This document shows positions 25,136 through 35,347 of a stretch of DNA of 64,000 nt, piece after piece; within the stretch, counting starts at the first letter, position 1, and every line of letters begins with the position of its first letter. The position numbers and the translations under genes were made by a program. This DNA is from a virus (taxonomy: Duplodnaviria > Caudoviricetes). The notes under the pieces were generated by a model. It searched no databases and was not told the DNA's origin. It worked only from the letters and a program-made list of their open reading frames with translations. The stretch spans positions 32,001-96,000 of IMG/VR virus record IMGVR_UViG_3300017716_001697; one strand, written 5' to 3'.

Positions 25136-27295
25136 ATGAAATTAGATGTAGCAGTAAACGAGATTGTATTGTCAAATGTTAAATCGACGGGCGAATTTAA
25201 GATCCGCAATTCGGCTAAAGCCTTTTCGATTCTTAGTTCGGGCCTGTACAGTAACAAAATTAAAGCTATCATCCGTGAATTGTCGTGCAACGCGGTAGAT
25301 TCGCATGTAGCAGCAGGTAACACATCCAAACCGTTTGATGTGCATCTCCCGTCAATGCTTGAGCCTTGGTTTAGTGTACGCGACTACGGCACTGGCCTCA
25401 ACGATGATCAGGTAACAAACATCTACACAACATATTTTGAATCTACTAAGACAGATTCGAATGACTTTATCGGTGCACTAGGATTGGGATCTAAGTCTCC
25501 GTTTAGTTATACTGAGAATTTTACAGTTACGGCCATTAAGGATGGCATGCAACGCATCTATAGTGCATTCATTAATGAAATGGGTGTACCTAGTATTGCA
25601 GAGATGAGCACCGAACTAACCGACGAACCTAATGGTGTTGAAGTCAAGTTTAGTGTAACTGAGCGATATGATTACAACAGTTTTAGACACGAAGCAGCCG
25701 AAGTATTCAAATGGTTTAAGAGTAAGCCTAATGTTACCGGCGTAAGCTTTACACACGAAAAGCCAACATACAAAGAAGAAAATATCGTACAGGGCGTGCA
25801 TTTACAATCGGACAATGTACGTAATTCTACTGCGTTGATGGGTAATATCGCATATCCACTTAGTAATATCTCTGAACCACAAAAACATTTTGGTGACCTT
25901 GCTAGTCTTCTTGATTGCGGCCTAGTTATTGAATTTAGCATCGGGGATCTGGATTTTGCCGCATCACGTGAAGTGCTTAGTTTTGTACCAATCACAATTA
26001 ATAGCATTAAACGTAAATTGGAAGAACTTAATGCTAATCTAGTAACTCATTTTGCAGCAAAGGCTAATGTGATTACCTGTGAATGGGCTCGTGCAGATTT
26101 TCTGTACACCGAAGCACAGTCTGCATTGTATAAGTCCGCAGTGAGAAAATATGTGATTGATACAAAGTTTCCACTATTTGATGCGACAGCATATTATGGA
26201 AAGAAGACATTCGAACTGCTTGGTCCAGATCTAGACGCAGTAGGATTATCAATCCAGGGTTTTCAGACGAATAATAATTCGTTCCGTGGTAAGATTGGGC
26301 AAGGGTGGGCTAAACAAGTTAACGCCACCGGCCAACATATTCCTACAGTAAATATTCCTGTCGATACATCTGTTGTATTTGTGTTGAACGATTTGAAGAC
26401 TGGCTGTACTGCTCGAGCAAGATATCATTATGTGAATTGCAATAGACAACAGGTGAGCGTCTATTGTGTATCTCATTCTAGTGACGACCTTTCTGTACGT
26501 CAAGCCGCATATGATGTGTTAATGAAGGACCTGCACAATCCACCTACTATTGTAAAAGCAAGTACATTAGAAAAGCGTGAGGTTGTAAAGCGTACACCAT
26601 TGTCTAATGTAGGTATTGCGGTGCTTGTGCCGAAGGTGGCCAGAACATCGGGCTATAGCTATAGATATCACAACGCCTCGACTGATTATAAATGGGAACC
26701 ACATCAAGACACGCTAGATGATAAGACGCTTTATTATTATGTCTGTCTAAATGGTCATCAACCAGAGCATCTTGATGGTACACATTTTAATGTCCTGGCG
26801 TTAAGATCGTTAATGGATAATTGTGGTCTTGCAAATATCAAGGATATTCAAATCTTCGGTGTACGTAAGACTCGTATCAAAGAACTTAAGGACCGTAAGA
26901 ATTGGATCTGGATTGAGGACAAGCTCAAGGAAGAAACTGCAAAGGTGTCCGACACCGACATTATTTCGTTGGTTGCATACGATGAGCTTGACCATTATAC
27001 TTATAAAGCGTATACTAGCGAATCAGTTGCAAAACTTGCAGGTAAGACATCGGATTATGCAAAGTTTGTTAAAGAATATGGCGCTGTTGCACGCTCTACA
27101 GGTAATGTTGCAGAATTAACTACATTATGTGGAAACTATGGCAAATCTGTGCAGGTTACAGACGTTAAGAAGAAAATTACTACAGCGAGAAATTTGGTAG
27201 TTGCCAAATATCCGCTAATACAGCATTGCTCGGGCGCGGGCGAGAAACTGGTGGCAGACTACGTGAAATTAATTGACATACAGGAGACAATTTAA
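25136..27295 (+). CDS. rIIA: rIIA-like protein (GHKL/Hsp90-like ATPase N-terminus)
   Basis: LYSNKIKAIIRELSCNAVD, VRDYGTGL and GALGLGSKSPFSY motifs. Confidence 0.85.
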   Translation: MKLDVAVNEIVLSNVKSTGEFKIRNSAKAFSILSSGLYSNKIKAIIRELSCNAVDSHVAAGNTSKPFDVHLPSMLEPWFSVRDYGTGLNDDQVTNIYTTYFESTKTDSNDFIGALGLGSKSPFSYTENFTVTAIKDGMQRIYSAFINEMGVPSIAEMSTELTDEPNGVEVKFSVTERYDYNSFRHEAAEVFKWFKSKPNVTGVSFTHEKPTYKEENIVQGVHLQSDNVRNSTALMGNIAYPLSNISEPQKHFGDLASLLDCGLVIEFSIGDLDFAASREVLSFVPITINSIKRKLEELNANLVTHFAAKANVITCEWARADFLYTEAQSALYKSAVRKYVIDTKFPLFDATAYYGKKTFELLGPDLDAVGLSIQGFQTNNNSFRGKIGQGWAKQVNATGQHIPTVNIPVDTSVVFVLNDLKTGCTARARYHYVNCNRQQVSVYCVSHSSDDLSVRQAAYDVLMKDLHNPPTIVKASTLEKREVVKRTPLSNVGIAVLVPKVARTSGYSYRYHNASTDYKWEPHQDTLDDKTLYYYVCLNGHQPEHLDGTHFNVLALRSLMDNCGLANIKDIQIFGVRKTRIKELKDRKNWIWIEDKLKEETAKVSDTDIISLVAYDELDHYTYKAYTSESVAKLAGKTSDYAKFVKEYGAVARSTGNVAELTTLCGNYGKSVQVTDVKKKITTARNLVVAKYPLIQHCSGAGEKLVADYVKLIDIQETI

Positions 27296-28383
27296 TGAGT
27301 AAGAGTAAAGCAGTCCCTTTCCTACTTCAGGGAAAGAACATTATTTTGGTAATTGACAGTAAGTCGCATACCATCTCGAAAGACACCCATATGAACTATG
27401 GTAAGATTGTCGACGCGCTAAAGGCAAAAGACTGGGATGCATTGCGCGACTTAGTCGAGCCAAAGAAGGCAATTATCAATTTCGGCAAGGGATATGTTAC
27501 TATCGTTGATGGTAAGGTATATTGGAAAGGCCAGCCATTTAGTAACGGCCTGTCTGATCGTATGATTTCTATGTATCAGGATGGTTTCCCGATTGACCCA
27601 ATGATCCGTTTGATGGAAAATTTAATGCAGAATCCATCTAAGCGGTCTGTGGCACAATTCTATGGTTTTGTGGAAAAGAATAGTTTGCCAATTACCGAAG
27701 ATGGTCACATTCTTGCATTCAAGAAAGTGCGTAAAGATTATATGGATATCCATAGTGGCACTATCAGCAATCGCATCGGCGAAGTGATTGAAATGGATCG
27801 CAATCTTGTGGATGACAATCCGGATTCGCATTGCTCGTCCGGCCTGCATTTCTGTAGCGAATCGTATCTGGATAACTTCGGTAATTCCACCGATCCTGTT
27901 ATGATTATGAAAATTAATCCAGCAGACGTCGTTAGTATTCCTACTGATTACAATGGTGCAAAAGGCCGTTGCTGCAAATATGAAGTGGTAGCAGAAGTTA
28001 ATGGTGATCCAAAGGCAGCATTTGCATCCATTGTTGATGACACTTATGCCGTGCCTAAGGCAAAGATGGCACCTGCTAAGTCATGGGGTGATGCACTTGT
28101 TAAGCCAAAGGCAGTTGCAGCTAAGAAAGTTGCAACACCTGCAGCACCTAAGTTGGCACCACAGTCTGTCTGGCCTTTCCCACACGCTAAGGCATCGGCT
28201 GCAACCGCTGTCTGGCCAAGTAATAATGCTGGTGCAGATTACGATGTGTTGCGTAAGTCAACTGGTGAACTGATGTTCAGTGATCTGACATTGACCGAAG
28301 CTAATGCAAAGGTTGCAGCAGCAGTTCGTCAGAAGAAGGCAGTACTGATTGTAGTGCATACAGGAACAGACGAAGAAGTCTAA
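27295..28383 (+). CDS. rIIB: rIIB-like protein with Ala/Lys/Pro-rich tail
   Basis: NLMQNPS, ITEDGHILAFKKV, CSSGLH and INPADVVSIPTDY..AKGRCCKYEV; adjacent to rIIA. Confidence 0.85.
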   Translation: MSKSKAVPFLLQGKNIILVIDSKSHTISKDTHMNYGKIVDALKAKDWDALRDLVEPKKAIINFGKGYVTIVDGKVYWKGQPFSNGLSDRMISMYQDGFPIDPMIRLMENLMQNPSKRSVAQFYGFVEKNSLPITEDGHILAFKKVRKDYMDIHSGTISNRIGEVIEMDRNLVDDNPDSHCSSGLHFCSESYLDNFGNSTDPVMIMKINPADVVSIPTDYNGAKGRCCKYEVVAEVNGDPKAAFASIVDDTYAVPKAKMAPAKSWGDALVKPKAVAAKKVATPAAPKLAPQSVWPFPHAKASAATAVWPSNNAGADYDVLRKSTGELMFSDLTLTEANAKVAAAVRQKKAVLIVVHTGTDEEV

Positions 28384-28418
28384 TAAATAAGTGGGCATAG
28401 CGCCCACTTATTTTACAC

Positions 28419-28811
28419 ATGCGTAGAATAGTACTCTTATTATTGTTAATATCTTCTTGCAACATATCTGCTAGAACCGCAGACCACGAAATTGAATACG
28501 TAATGACATCATTACAGATTCATCGGTTATTTGTTGTGGATCAGAATATCATTACAACAGGTCTGTTTGATATAGTAGATAAAGAAGCAAAGACGGAAGT
28601 ATGTATTAACGATTATGTGAAGAAGCAATCGAAATCATATCTAAGAACGGCACAGGGCAATTTATTTGATTTAATGAATAATTTCGATACTGTTGTGTCT
28701 AAATTGTATGGTAAGAAAATATTAGCCAACGATATTCCGTATGAAGAGAAGGTAGAGGCATTGGCAAGAGTACAATGTGATGCGTATTACAAGATGGGTG
28801 TTTTGAGATAG
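28419..28811 (+). CDS. Exported hypothetical protein
   Basis: N-terminal signal/lipoprotein-like sequence. Confidence 0.6.
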   Translation: MRRIVLLLLLISSCNISARTADHEIEYVMTSLQIHRLFVVDQNIITTGLFDIVDKEAKTEVCINDYVKKQSKSYLRTAQGNLFDLMNNFDTVVSKLYGKKILANDIPYEEKVEALARVQCDAYYKMGVLR

Positions 28812-28816
28812 TTTTA

Positions 28817-29002
28817 ATGTGTGGCGTGGTGGCGCCGGTTGTGTACCTACAGTGAGTAAGTAGAGCCTATGTATAAACTGCCGTTAACGGCAAACATGCT
28901 TCTATGATGTGCGGAGCAGCACTTTTTCCTACCAAGAAAAATGTAACTGCGGTGGATCCTAATGTAGGACGGGGAATTTAGGTGGGGAACCTGAATACAC
29001 AT
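28817..29002 (+). ncRNA. Putative structured RNA
   Basis: ATGTGT/ACACAT ends, several short hairpins, followed by a strong terminator. Confidence 0.4.
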
Positions 29003-29004
29003 AT

Positions 29005-29037
29005 AGCAGCGGTGCAGAAATTCACCGCTGCTTTTTT
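29005..29037 (+). terminator. Rho-independent terminator
   Basis: AGCAGCGGTG-loop-CACCGCTGCT-TTTTT. Confidence 0.8.
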
Positions 29038-29052
29038 ACGAACAAGGAAAAC

Positions 29053-29853
29053 ATGAGTATTGATATTGGTATAATCGGGAATGGATTTGTAGGTAAGGCA
29101 ATGCACGCAGCATTCCTGCATAATTCTATTGTTATCATTGATCCAAAATACACAGATAATACAGTGCATAATTTGGCAGAAAATACTGATGTAGTCTTTA
29201 TCTGCTTACCTGCACCTACATTAGATGACGGAAGTGTGGATTCAACCCTAATTAGTAATGTATTTAATGAATTAAAGGGTATAGAATTCTCGGGATTGGT
29301 TGTACTCAAGAGTACATTACCGCCAGATGTTGTTGATGGGCTAACTGCTTACAATTTGCGATATATCTATTCACCTGAATTTTTACGTGAACAACACTGG
29401 GAATACGATGCGTTGCACCCTGAGATGATTATGATGGCAGGTTCGGTAGACGATTGTTCGGAACTTATAGGCTATTACAAAGTTGAATCGCAGATATTGG
29501 GTAAATTGAATTTTAGATTTCTAGATTATAAAGATGCTGCTCTAATGAAATATGCTATTAACACATATCTTGCATCTAAGGTCGTGTTTATGAACCAGTT
29601 AAATCAATTATATAGAGATATGCATGATGTTCCGATGTCGCCAGCGGCATGGGAGACTTTTGCTAATTGTATGTCTTCTGATCCTCGTATAGGTGAAAGT
29701 CACATGCTTGTACCTGGATTAGATAATAAGTTTGGGTACGGCGGCACATGTTTTCCTAAAGATGTGAAGGCATTGTTAGGGTTTGATAAAAACAAACGAT
29801 TATCTGTTTTAACTGAGGTTGAATTAGCTAATACTAAATTGAGGTTATTATGA
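29053..29853 (+). CDS. UDP-glucose/GDP-mannose dehydrogenase family protein (no C-terminal domain)
   Basis: GIIGNGFVG, KSTLPP, SPEFLRE, KYAINTYLA and GYGGTCFPKD motifs. Confidence 0.85.
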   Translation: MSIDIGIIGNGFVGKAMHAAFLHNSIVIIDPKYTDNTVHNLAENTDVVFICLPAPTLDDGSVDSTLISNVFNELKGIEFSGLVVLKSTLPPDVVDGLTAYNLRYIYSPEFLREQHWEYDALHPEMIMMAGSVDDCSELIGYYKVESQILGKLNFRFLDYKDAALMKYAINTYLASKVVFMNQLNQLYRDMHDVPMSPAAWETFANCMSSDPRIGESHMLVPGLDNKFGYGGTCFPKDVKALLGFDKNKRLSVLTEVELANTKLRLL

Positions 29854-30254
29854 AATATTTATTTTTAGATGATGTTAGGATGCCCGGTGATGTAACATGG
29901 ATTGCTATTGGAACCGGTAAGCCATTCCACGAATCGCGTGGTGCACCGTGGGCGATTGTTAGATCATTTGACGAAGCGGTCGCATGGGTGAAAGAACATG
30001 GCTTCCCTGAAGTGATTAGTTTTGATCACGATCTTGGCTACGAAGAATATGGTTTAGTCAACGGTATCGTCAAGATAGTGTACGAGAAGGAAGAAAAAAG
30101 TGGCTACGATTTTGCCAAATGGTTGATTGAGCACGACATGGATACAAACACAATGCCGGACAATTTCTCATTTACTGTGCATAGCATGAACCCGATTGGT
30201 ACAGTAAATATTAAAACGATACTAAATAATTATATACAACACAAGAGAGGATAA
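29850..30254 (+). CDS. Cyclic-phosphate processing receiver-domain protein
   Basis: LFLDDVR, ISFDHDLG and VHSMNPIG motifs. Confidence 0.75.
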   Translation: MKYLFLDDVRMPGDVTWIAIGTGKPFHESRGAPWAIVRSFDEAVAWVKEHGFPEVISFDHDLGYEEYGLVNGIVKIVYEKEEKSGYDFAKWLIEHDMDTNTMPDNFSFTVHSMNPIGTVNIKTILNNYIQHKRG

Positions 30255-30508
30255 TATGAGCGCAGGAATTTTAAGGAATATGTACAAACAGAAGGTTCGT
30301 AAATCAAAGACTATAGTTGAATATCTACTCAACCTACATGAATTTGCATTATACGAATTTAACCTGTTTAATTATAATAGGAAAAATCTTTCCTAACTGA
30401 TAAATAACATTAACAACTACCATAGGACCGTTGTGACTACTGTCGAAACGCAGGCGTCTGGGGCAAACAATTCGCTACTGTTTGCCCCTTTATTTATTTG
30501 GAGTATAT

Positions 30509-30691
30509 ATGCGTCTTTTTGAATTATTTGAAGCTAAGGCTAAAACAAAAGTACCATCTGCGACTCCACGAAATTTTGTTGCTAAAAACGCCAAATCAAG
30601 CGGATCTGGTCAACACAAAGATAAAAAGCGCGAAGCTAAATTAGGCAAAGCAAAGCACAAGAATACAGATTTAGACGAAGAAATCGTCTAA
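30509..30691 (+). CDS. Small basic late protein
   Basis: GGAG RBS; MRLFELFE N-terminus; RNFVAKNA. Confidence 0.65.
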   Translation: MRLFELFEAKAKTKVPSATPRNFVAKNAKSSGSGQHKDKKREAKLGKAKHKNTDLDEEIV

Positions 30692-30794
30692 CTTCCTAAT
30701 CATTATATAAATATCCTCTGAGCAACTATCCAAAATAGTTGCTCTTCTGTTTTAGTCTCAGCTAAAATAGTGTTTACATAACAAGGATAACAAA

Positions 30795-31952
30795 ATGGCA
30801 GAAAAGAAATTGTCAGGTGTATACGTAAGCTGGCCACGCCCTGACTTTACACTAACCGTAAAAACAAATAAGCAGTTCAGAAGAAACTTCCACGCTGCCA
30901 TGCTTTATGCACATTATGAACTATCTGCGGTTGAATTAAAGCGTGAAGTGATTAAATATCTAAAGGCAAAAGATCCTAAGCATCCACTTCTTGATCGTAT
31001 AAAAGATATGCACGAAAATAGATTTACCACAGTGGGTAAATATATGTACATATTAAACCATGCTGCTGATATCCCGGATGATATCATGGCAGGTTTAATG
31101 CCAGCACTAGAGAAGGTGATTAATGAAGAAGAGAGCAGGATTGCGTCAAACGAGAAAGAACTCGCTCACAGTAAAGCTGACGCTAATACAACATCTCAGC
31201 CAGTTGTTAAAGCGGTTATCTCAATCCAGGATCGTCTCAAAGATAAGGCACGCGAGATTGCCAACGAAGTGGAAGGGTGGGTAGATGACTTAACAGTTAA
31301 TAAATCGTTGCCAGTTAAGACAGTCGATGACTTCGTTAACCTATTTAAATCTAATGATCTTAAGGCGCAACACATGCGTTACATTCAAGAAATTTTTGCT
31401 CGTCGTGCAGCAGAGGCAGCAGAGGCACTAGAAGGTAAGGATAAAGATCTTGTTGAAGCATATTCTAACTTTACAAAACCGGAATTAAAGAAGTACGATG
31501 CGTTACACAGAAACCTATTCAAAGCATGCGGAATGATGCAAGAAGTTGCCAAGGTAGAACGCGCACCACGCAAGAAGAAACCTATAGCACTCGATAAGGT
31601 AGTGTCTAAATTAAAATTCAAGAAAGAAGACTCGGCATTGGGCATTGTTAGTTTAAACCCTGTGCACATTATTGGATCTAAGGAAGTGTGGGTGTACAAC
31701 ACAAAAACACGCAAGTTGTCGCAATACAAAGCAGCAGACGGCAATAGCTTGTCTGTTAAAGGTGCTAGCTTGTTGAATTATTCACCTGATTCCGCTGAAA
31801 AAACCTTGCGCAAGCCCGCAGAGGCGTTAGCAGACTTTAAGAAGGCAAGCAAAGTTAAACTCCGCACTTTTTTAAAGGAATTAACTACAGTAGATATTCC
31901 GTGCAGTGGTAAGTTAAACGAGCATCATGTTATCTTAAGGATCGATAAGTGA
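30795..31952 (+). CDS. Conserved hypothetical protein
   Basis: 385-aa ORF with AAGGA RBS. Confidence 0.8.
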   Translation: MAEKKLSGVYVSWPRPDFTLTVKTNKQFRRNFHAAMLYAHYELSAVELKREVIKYLKAKDPKHPLLDRIKDMHENRFTTVGKYMYILNHAADIPDDIMAGLMPALEKVINEEESRIASNEKELAHSKADANTTSQPVVKAVISIQDRLKDKAREIANEVEGWVDDLTVNKSLPVKTVDDFVNLFKSNDLKAQHMRYIQEIFARRAAEAAEALEGKDKDLVEAYSNFTKPELKKYDALHRNLFKACGMMQEVAKVERAPRKKKPIALDKVVSKLKFKKEDSALGIVSLNPVHIIGSKEVWVYNTKTRKLSQYKAADGNSLSVKGASLLNYSPDSAEKTLRKPAEALADFKKASKVKLRTFLKELTTVDIPCSGKLNEHHVILRIDK

Positions 31953-32404
31953 GATTATTCTTAGATACAGAATTCACTGATCTAGTTCCGCATAATAAAT
32001 TAATCAGCATTGCATTAGTTGACGAAGATGAGAACTATTTTTATGCTGAACTTTCTGATACATACGAATTAAAGGATTGCTCGGAATTTGTCTTATCTAA
32101 CGTACTGCCATATTTACGTGGCGGCAAATATGCAATGACATCATATGATTGCGCGTTGAGGCTAGGTGCATGGATTGAAGACCGTAATGTAGAATGCGTA
32201 ATTATGACTGATGCACCTGGGTGGGATATGCCGCACGTAATTAAATTAATCGGCGATTACTGGCCTGCTAATTTAAAGAAAGAATGCATTGCTATTCGTG
32301 TCCCATTTAATGTAGAACAAGAATTAGTGATTAAGTTTGACTACGATGTTCACAATGCTCTGGATGATGCAATGGTGATGAAGAAGGCAACCCTCGGTTA
32401 TTGA
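31949..32404 (+). CDS. DEDD-family 3'-5' exoribonuclease-like protein
   Basis: FLDTEFTD, LISIALV and HNALDDA motifs. Confidence 0.8.
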   Translation: MRLFLDTEFTDLVPHNKLISIALVDEDENYFYAELSDTYELKDCSEFVLSNVLPYLRGGKYAMTSYDCALRLGAWIEDRNVECVIMTDAPGWDMPHVIKLIGDYWPANLKKECIAIRVPFNVEQELVIKFDYDVHNALDDAMVMKKATLGY

Positions 32405-32410
32405 TAAATA
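32403..32410 (+). promoter_or_regulatory. Late promoter motif GATAAATA (representative copy)
   Basis: Recurs before late genes at 16249, 22239, 33919, 35299, 37986, 41333, 44394, 54697, 58200, 59922, 60628 and 62909; resembles the T4 late promoter TATAAATA. Confidence 0.8.
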
Positions 32411-32436
32411 ATGTATCACTGGAGAGATGATACGTT

Positions 32437-33189
32437 ATGTCCGCACAGATTACACCGAAAGTTTTGTTGAAGAAGCAAATCGAGCTTATGCTCGGTTCGC
32501 AAATGGTTGACGTTGAATTAGACGTAGAGCATATTGATCTTGCCATAGCGATAGGAATCCAAAAATTGCGTCAGCAATCAGATGGATCAATGTTAGAGAA
32601 GGATATTTTTCTACACATCACACGAGACATAACAGAGTATACTCTCCCTGAAGAGGTGCAAGAAGTAAGACGTCTATACCGCCGTGGTGTCGGTGCATAT
32701 ACCAACGGTGGGGTAAACTTTGACCCGGTTGATGCTGCATTTTACAATATCTATTTGCTACAACCAAATAGATCTGGTGGTCTAGCAACTTGGGATTTAT
32801 ATAATGGTTACCTAGAAACTGCAGAGCGTGTCTTTGCAAGTCAACTTAATTTCACTTGGGATGTCAACTCGCATAAACTGACTATTATTCGTCGTCCAAC
32901 AGCCGATGAAGAAGTTTCTGTCAGAGTATATGCAAAGAAATCCGAAGACGATATTATAAACGATCCTTATACAGGTCCTTGGTTGCTAGCCTATTCTACT
33001 GCTAAAGCAAAATATATCTTAGGCGAAGCAAGAGATAAATTCCCTGGTGGATTCCCCGGCCCTAATGGAAATGTTATGTTAAATGGTGCCACCTTAAAGC
33101 AGGAGTCCCAAGTTGAAATTGACAAACTTGAAAAAGAGTTGTTAAATATGGTAACAAGTGGTGATGGATACGCATTTATTATCGGCTAA
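32437..33189 (+). CDS. Neck protein (T4 gp13-like)
   Basis: LMLG..MVDVELD, AKAKYILGEARDKF..FPGP.G.V.LNG; starts the structural module after a late promoter. Confidence 0.7.
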   Translation: MSAQITPKVLLKKQIELMLGSQMVDVELDVEHIDLAIAIGIQKLRQQSDGSMLEKDIFLHITRDITEYTLPEEVQEVRRLYRRGVGAYTNGGVNFDPVDAAFYNIYLLQPNRSGGLATWDLYNGYLETAERVFASQLNFTWDVNSHKLTIIRRPTADEEVSVRVYAKKSEDDIINDPYTGPWLLAYSTAKAKYILGEARDKFPGGFPGPNGNVMLNGATLKQESQVEIDKLEKELLNMVTSGDGYAFIIG

Positions 33190-33262
33190 ATAGCCTGTCT
33201 AAAACGCAAGCCCTTACGTTAAATTTTGTATAACTACATACAATTAACTTAAGGGCTTTCTT

Positions 33263-33919
33263 ATGATCATTGGGATATCGGGATTTATTAATAGTGGTAA
33301 GACAACAGTTGCAAATAGGTTAACAGAAAAATACGGATTTAGGAGAGACAGTTTTGCCACAAGCCTGAAAGACGCATGTGCAATGATATTCGATTGGCCA
33401 CGGCACTTAATTGAAGGTGACACCGGTGAATCAAGAGAATGGCGCGAACAAGTTGACGAGTGGTGGTCTGTAAAGTTGGGTATACCTAATTTTAGTCCTC
33501 GCCTAGCATTGCAGTTAATCGGAACAGATGCATTACGCAATCATTTCAACGAAGGACTATGGTTTCTTACATTAGAAAATCGTGTTCGCAAGAATCCCGA
33601 TCAGCACGTGGTTATCAGTGATGTAAGGTTTCCTAATGAGATAAAATTTATACAGGAGCATGGTGGCGCTATGGTTAAGGTAAACCGTGGCCCAACCCCG
33701 GTATGGTATGAAACTGCAATGTTGGCAAACAAGGGTAATTCTTTTGCTAAAGAAGCAATGGTTAAAACTTATTCAGGCGCACACTATAGCGAATGGGCAT
33801 GGGTGGGGACTGAGTTCGAATACGAAATTAATAATGACGGCACATTCGACGATTTAGTTGAAGGCACCGATTCGTTCATGGTGTTGTTAACTGAAGGTTT
33901 AAATCTTGCCGCTGTATAG
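33263..33919 (+). CDS. Deoxynucleoside monophosphate kinase (T4 gp1-like)
   Basis: GISGFINSGKTT P-loop; FATSLKD, PRLALQLIGTD and VISDVRFPNE motifs. Confidence 0.9.
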   Translation: MIIGISGFINSGKTTVANRLTEKYGFRRDSFATSLKDACAMIFDWPRHLIEGDTGESREWREQVDEWWSVKLGIPNFSPRLALQLIGTDALRNHFNEGLWFLTLENRVRKNPDQHVVISDVRFPNEIKFIQEHGGAMVKVNRGPTPVWYETAMLANKGNSFAKEAMVKTYSGAHYSEWAWVGTEFEYEINNDGTFDDLVEGTDSFMVLLTEGLNLAAV

Positions 33920-33937
33920 ATAAATATTGCTTTATAA

Positions 33938-35236
33938 TTGGGGAAACAAATGACAAAATTAGCAGGTAGTATGAAACTTCAGGGAGTCACACTCGGCGCC
34001 ACTTCATCAATATTGACATCAGTGGGCACTGATGGCGGCACTACAGGTGGACTAACAATTAAAGGTGGGCCAGGTCCTGCTTACACCTATGCAGCAGAAT
34101 ATGAAGCATACGCTACGGACAATTATACATTGACTGCTACAGCGGTCGTGTATGCGTGGAACACATGGGTAGGTGAGAGAAGCGGCGAGTCTAATTTTGC
34201 TCACACTTACAGTTTCAACCCAAGTTACGCAATCAGTGCAATGACACAATTGGGTGTATTCCAGACAATCGGTGGATTCAATGAGGCAGTATATGCAGAA
34301 TATGTTGTTGATGCTCTTTCTACTCCGTTAGGCATCCCTGTTATGCAAGTCGGTGTAGAATCAGTTGCGGTGCCCGGCACAGGCTATCAGGCATCTTATC
34401 AGGTGTATTATACAAATGACGGGACTGTTGTTCAATTCCTAGACGGTGTAGATCAGGGCTCCTCGAGTGCGCCCACCTATGGTGCAGGTGACGTAATCGG
34501 CATGGTTGTATATCGGACTGCTTCGACATTTAGAATAACCTGGTTTAAGAATGGTGTATATGCCCAGGAGTCATTGACATTTGGCAACAATCTTGTGTTT
34601 TCAAGAACCCGCGTGAATATTGGCCAGATGGCAACCGGCTATCCGTATGGACCTATTAGGCACCCTGTTCCAACGCCTACTGTATATGCTACGATTACTA
34701 TCAGTTCTGACATAGCTGATGATTATGTCTATCCAGTGTCGTATGTAGATTGGTATCAAGGCCGCGGCCTTGCAGGGACCTATACACTTGTATCAACCGA
34801 GTTTGCTACAGGTACATCTGCGACATACTCGAATAGCAATAGATCGCTTACATATCCAGCCGCAATCGCACCATGGCCGCATGTTACGGAGATTTCCACC
34901 CGAGTTCATAGCATTGGCGACGGTACTATCTATGAAGTGCAGAACACCCCGGGTGATGCAACAACAACTATGTTAAGCAGAGTGGGCATAACAGCAACGG
35001 GTGTGGATGCATATTTTGATGCTGATTACGGTTCTGGTGGTTATGGTAACTATAATGTAGGCGACGTAATTGGTGTCGTTATTACTACTGCTGACGACGG
35101 CCTTAGCTCAACTATCTACTGGTTTGTTAATGGTGGTGCCACACCGTATACTAGCCAGGTCATTCCGAGCGCATTAACAGCATGGCAGATATATGTCGAA
35201 TTCGGAGAAGATATCTATCGTCCGCAACCAGCGTAA
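33938..35236 (+). CDS. Beta-rich virion protein with two SPRY/ConA-like repeats
   Basis: Repeated Y..GDVIG.V and ..WF.NG motifs; late promoter at 33919. Confidence 0.6.
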   Translation: MGKQMTKLAGSMKLQGVTLGATSSILTSVGTDGGTTGGLTIKGGPGPAYTYAAEYEAYATDNYTLTATAVVYAWNTWVGERSGESNFAHTYSFNPSYAISAMTQLGVFQTIGGFNEAVYAEYVVDALSTPLGIPVMQVGVESVAVPGTGYQASYQVYYTNDGTVVQFLDGVDQGSSSAPTYGAGDVIGMVVYRTASTFRITWFKNGVYAQESLTFGNNLVFSRTRVNIGQMATGYPYGPIRHPVPTPTVYATITISSDIADDYVYPVSYVDWYQGRGLAGTYTLVSTEFATGTSATYSNSNRSLTYPAAIAPWPHVTEISTRVHSIGDGTIYEVQNTPGDATTTMLSRVGITATGVDAYFDADYGSGGYGNYNVGDVIGVVITTADDGLSSTIYWFVNGGATPYTSQVIPSALTAWQIYVEFGEDIYRPQPA

Positions 35237-35347
35237 TACTAAAGGAGTTGAAGCGTATTTTAATTCGCTTCAATTACAGTGCCTTTAAGGCCATTGTTGA
35301 TAAATACTGCTAACAAGAAGAAAGTCTTCAATAGGAGTTAAACAACA

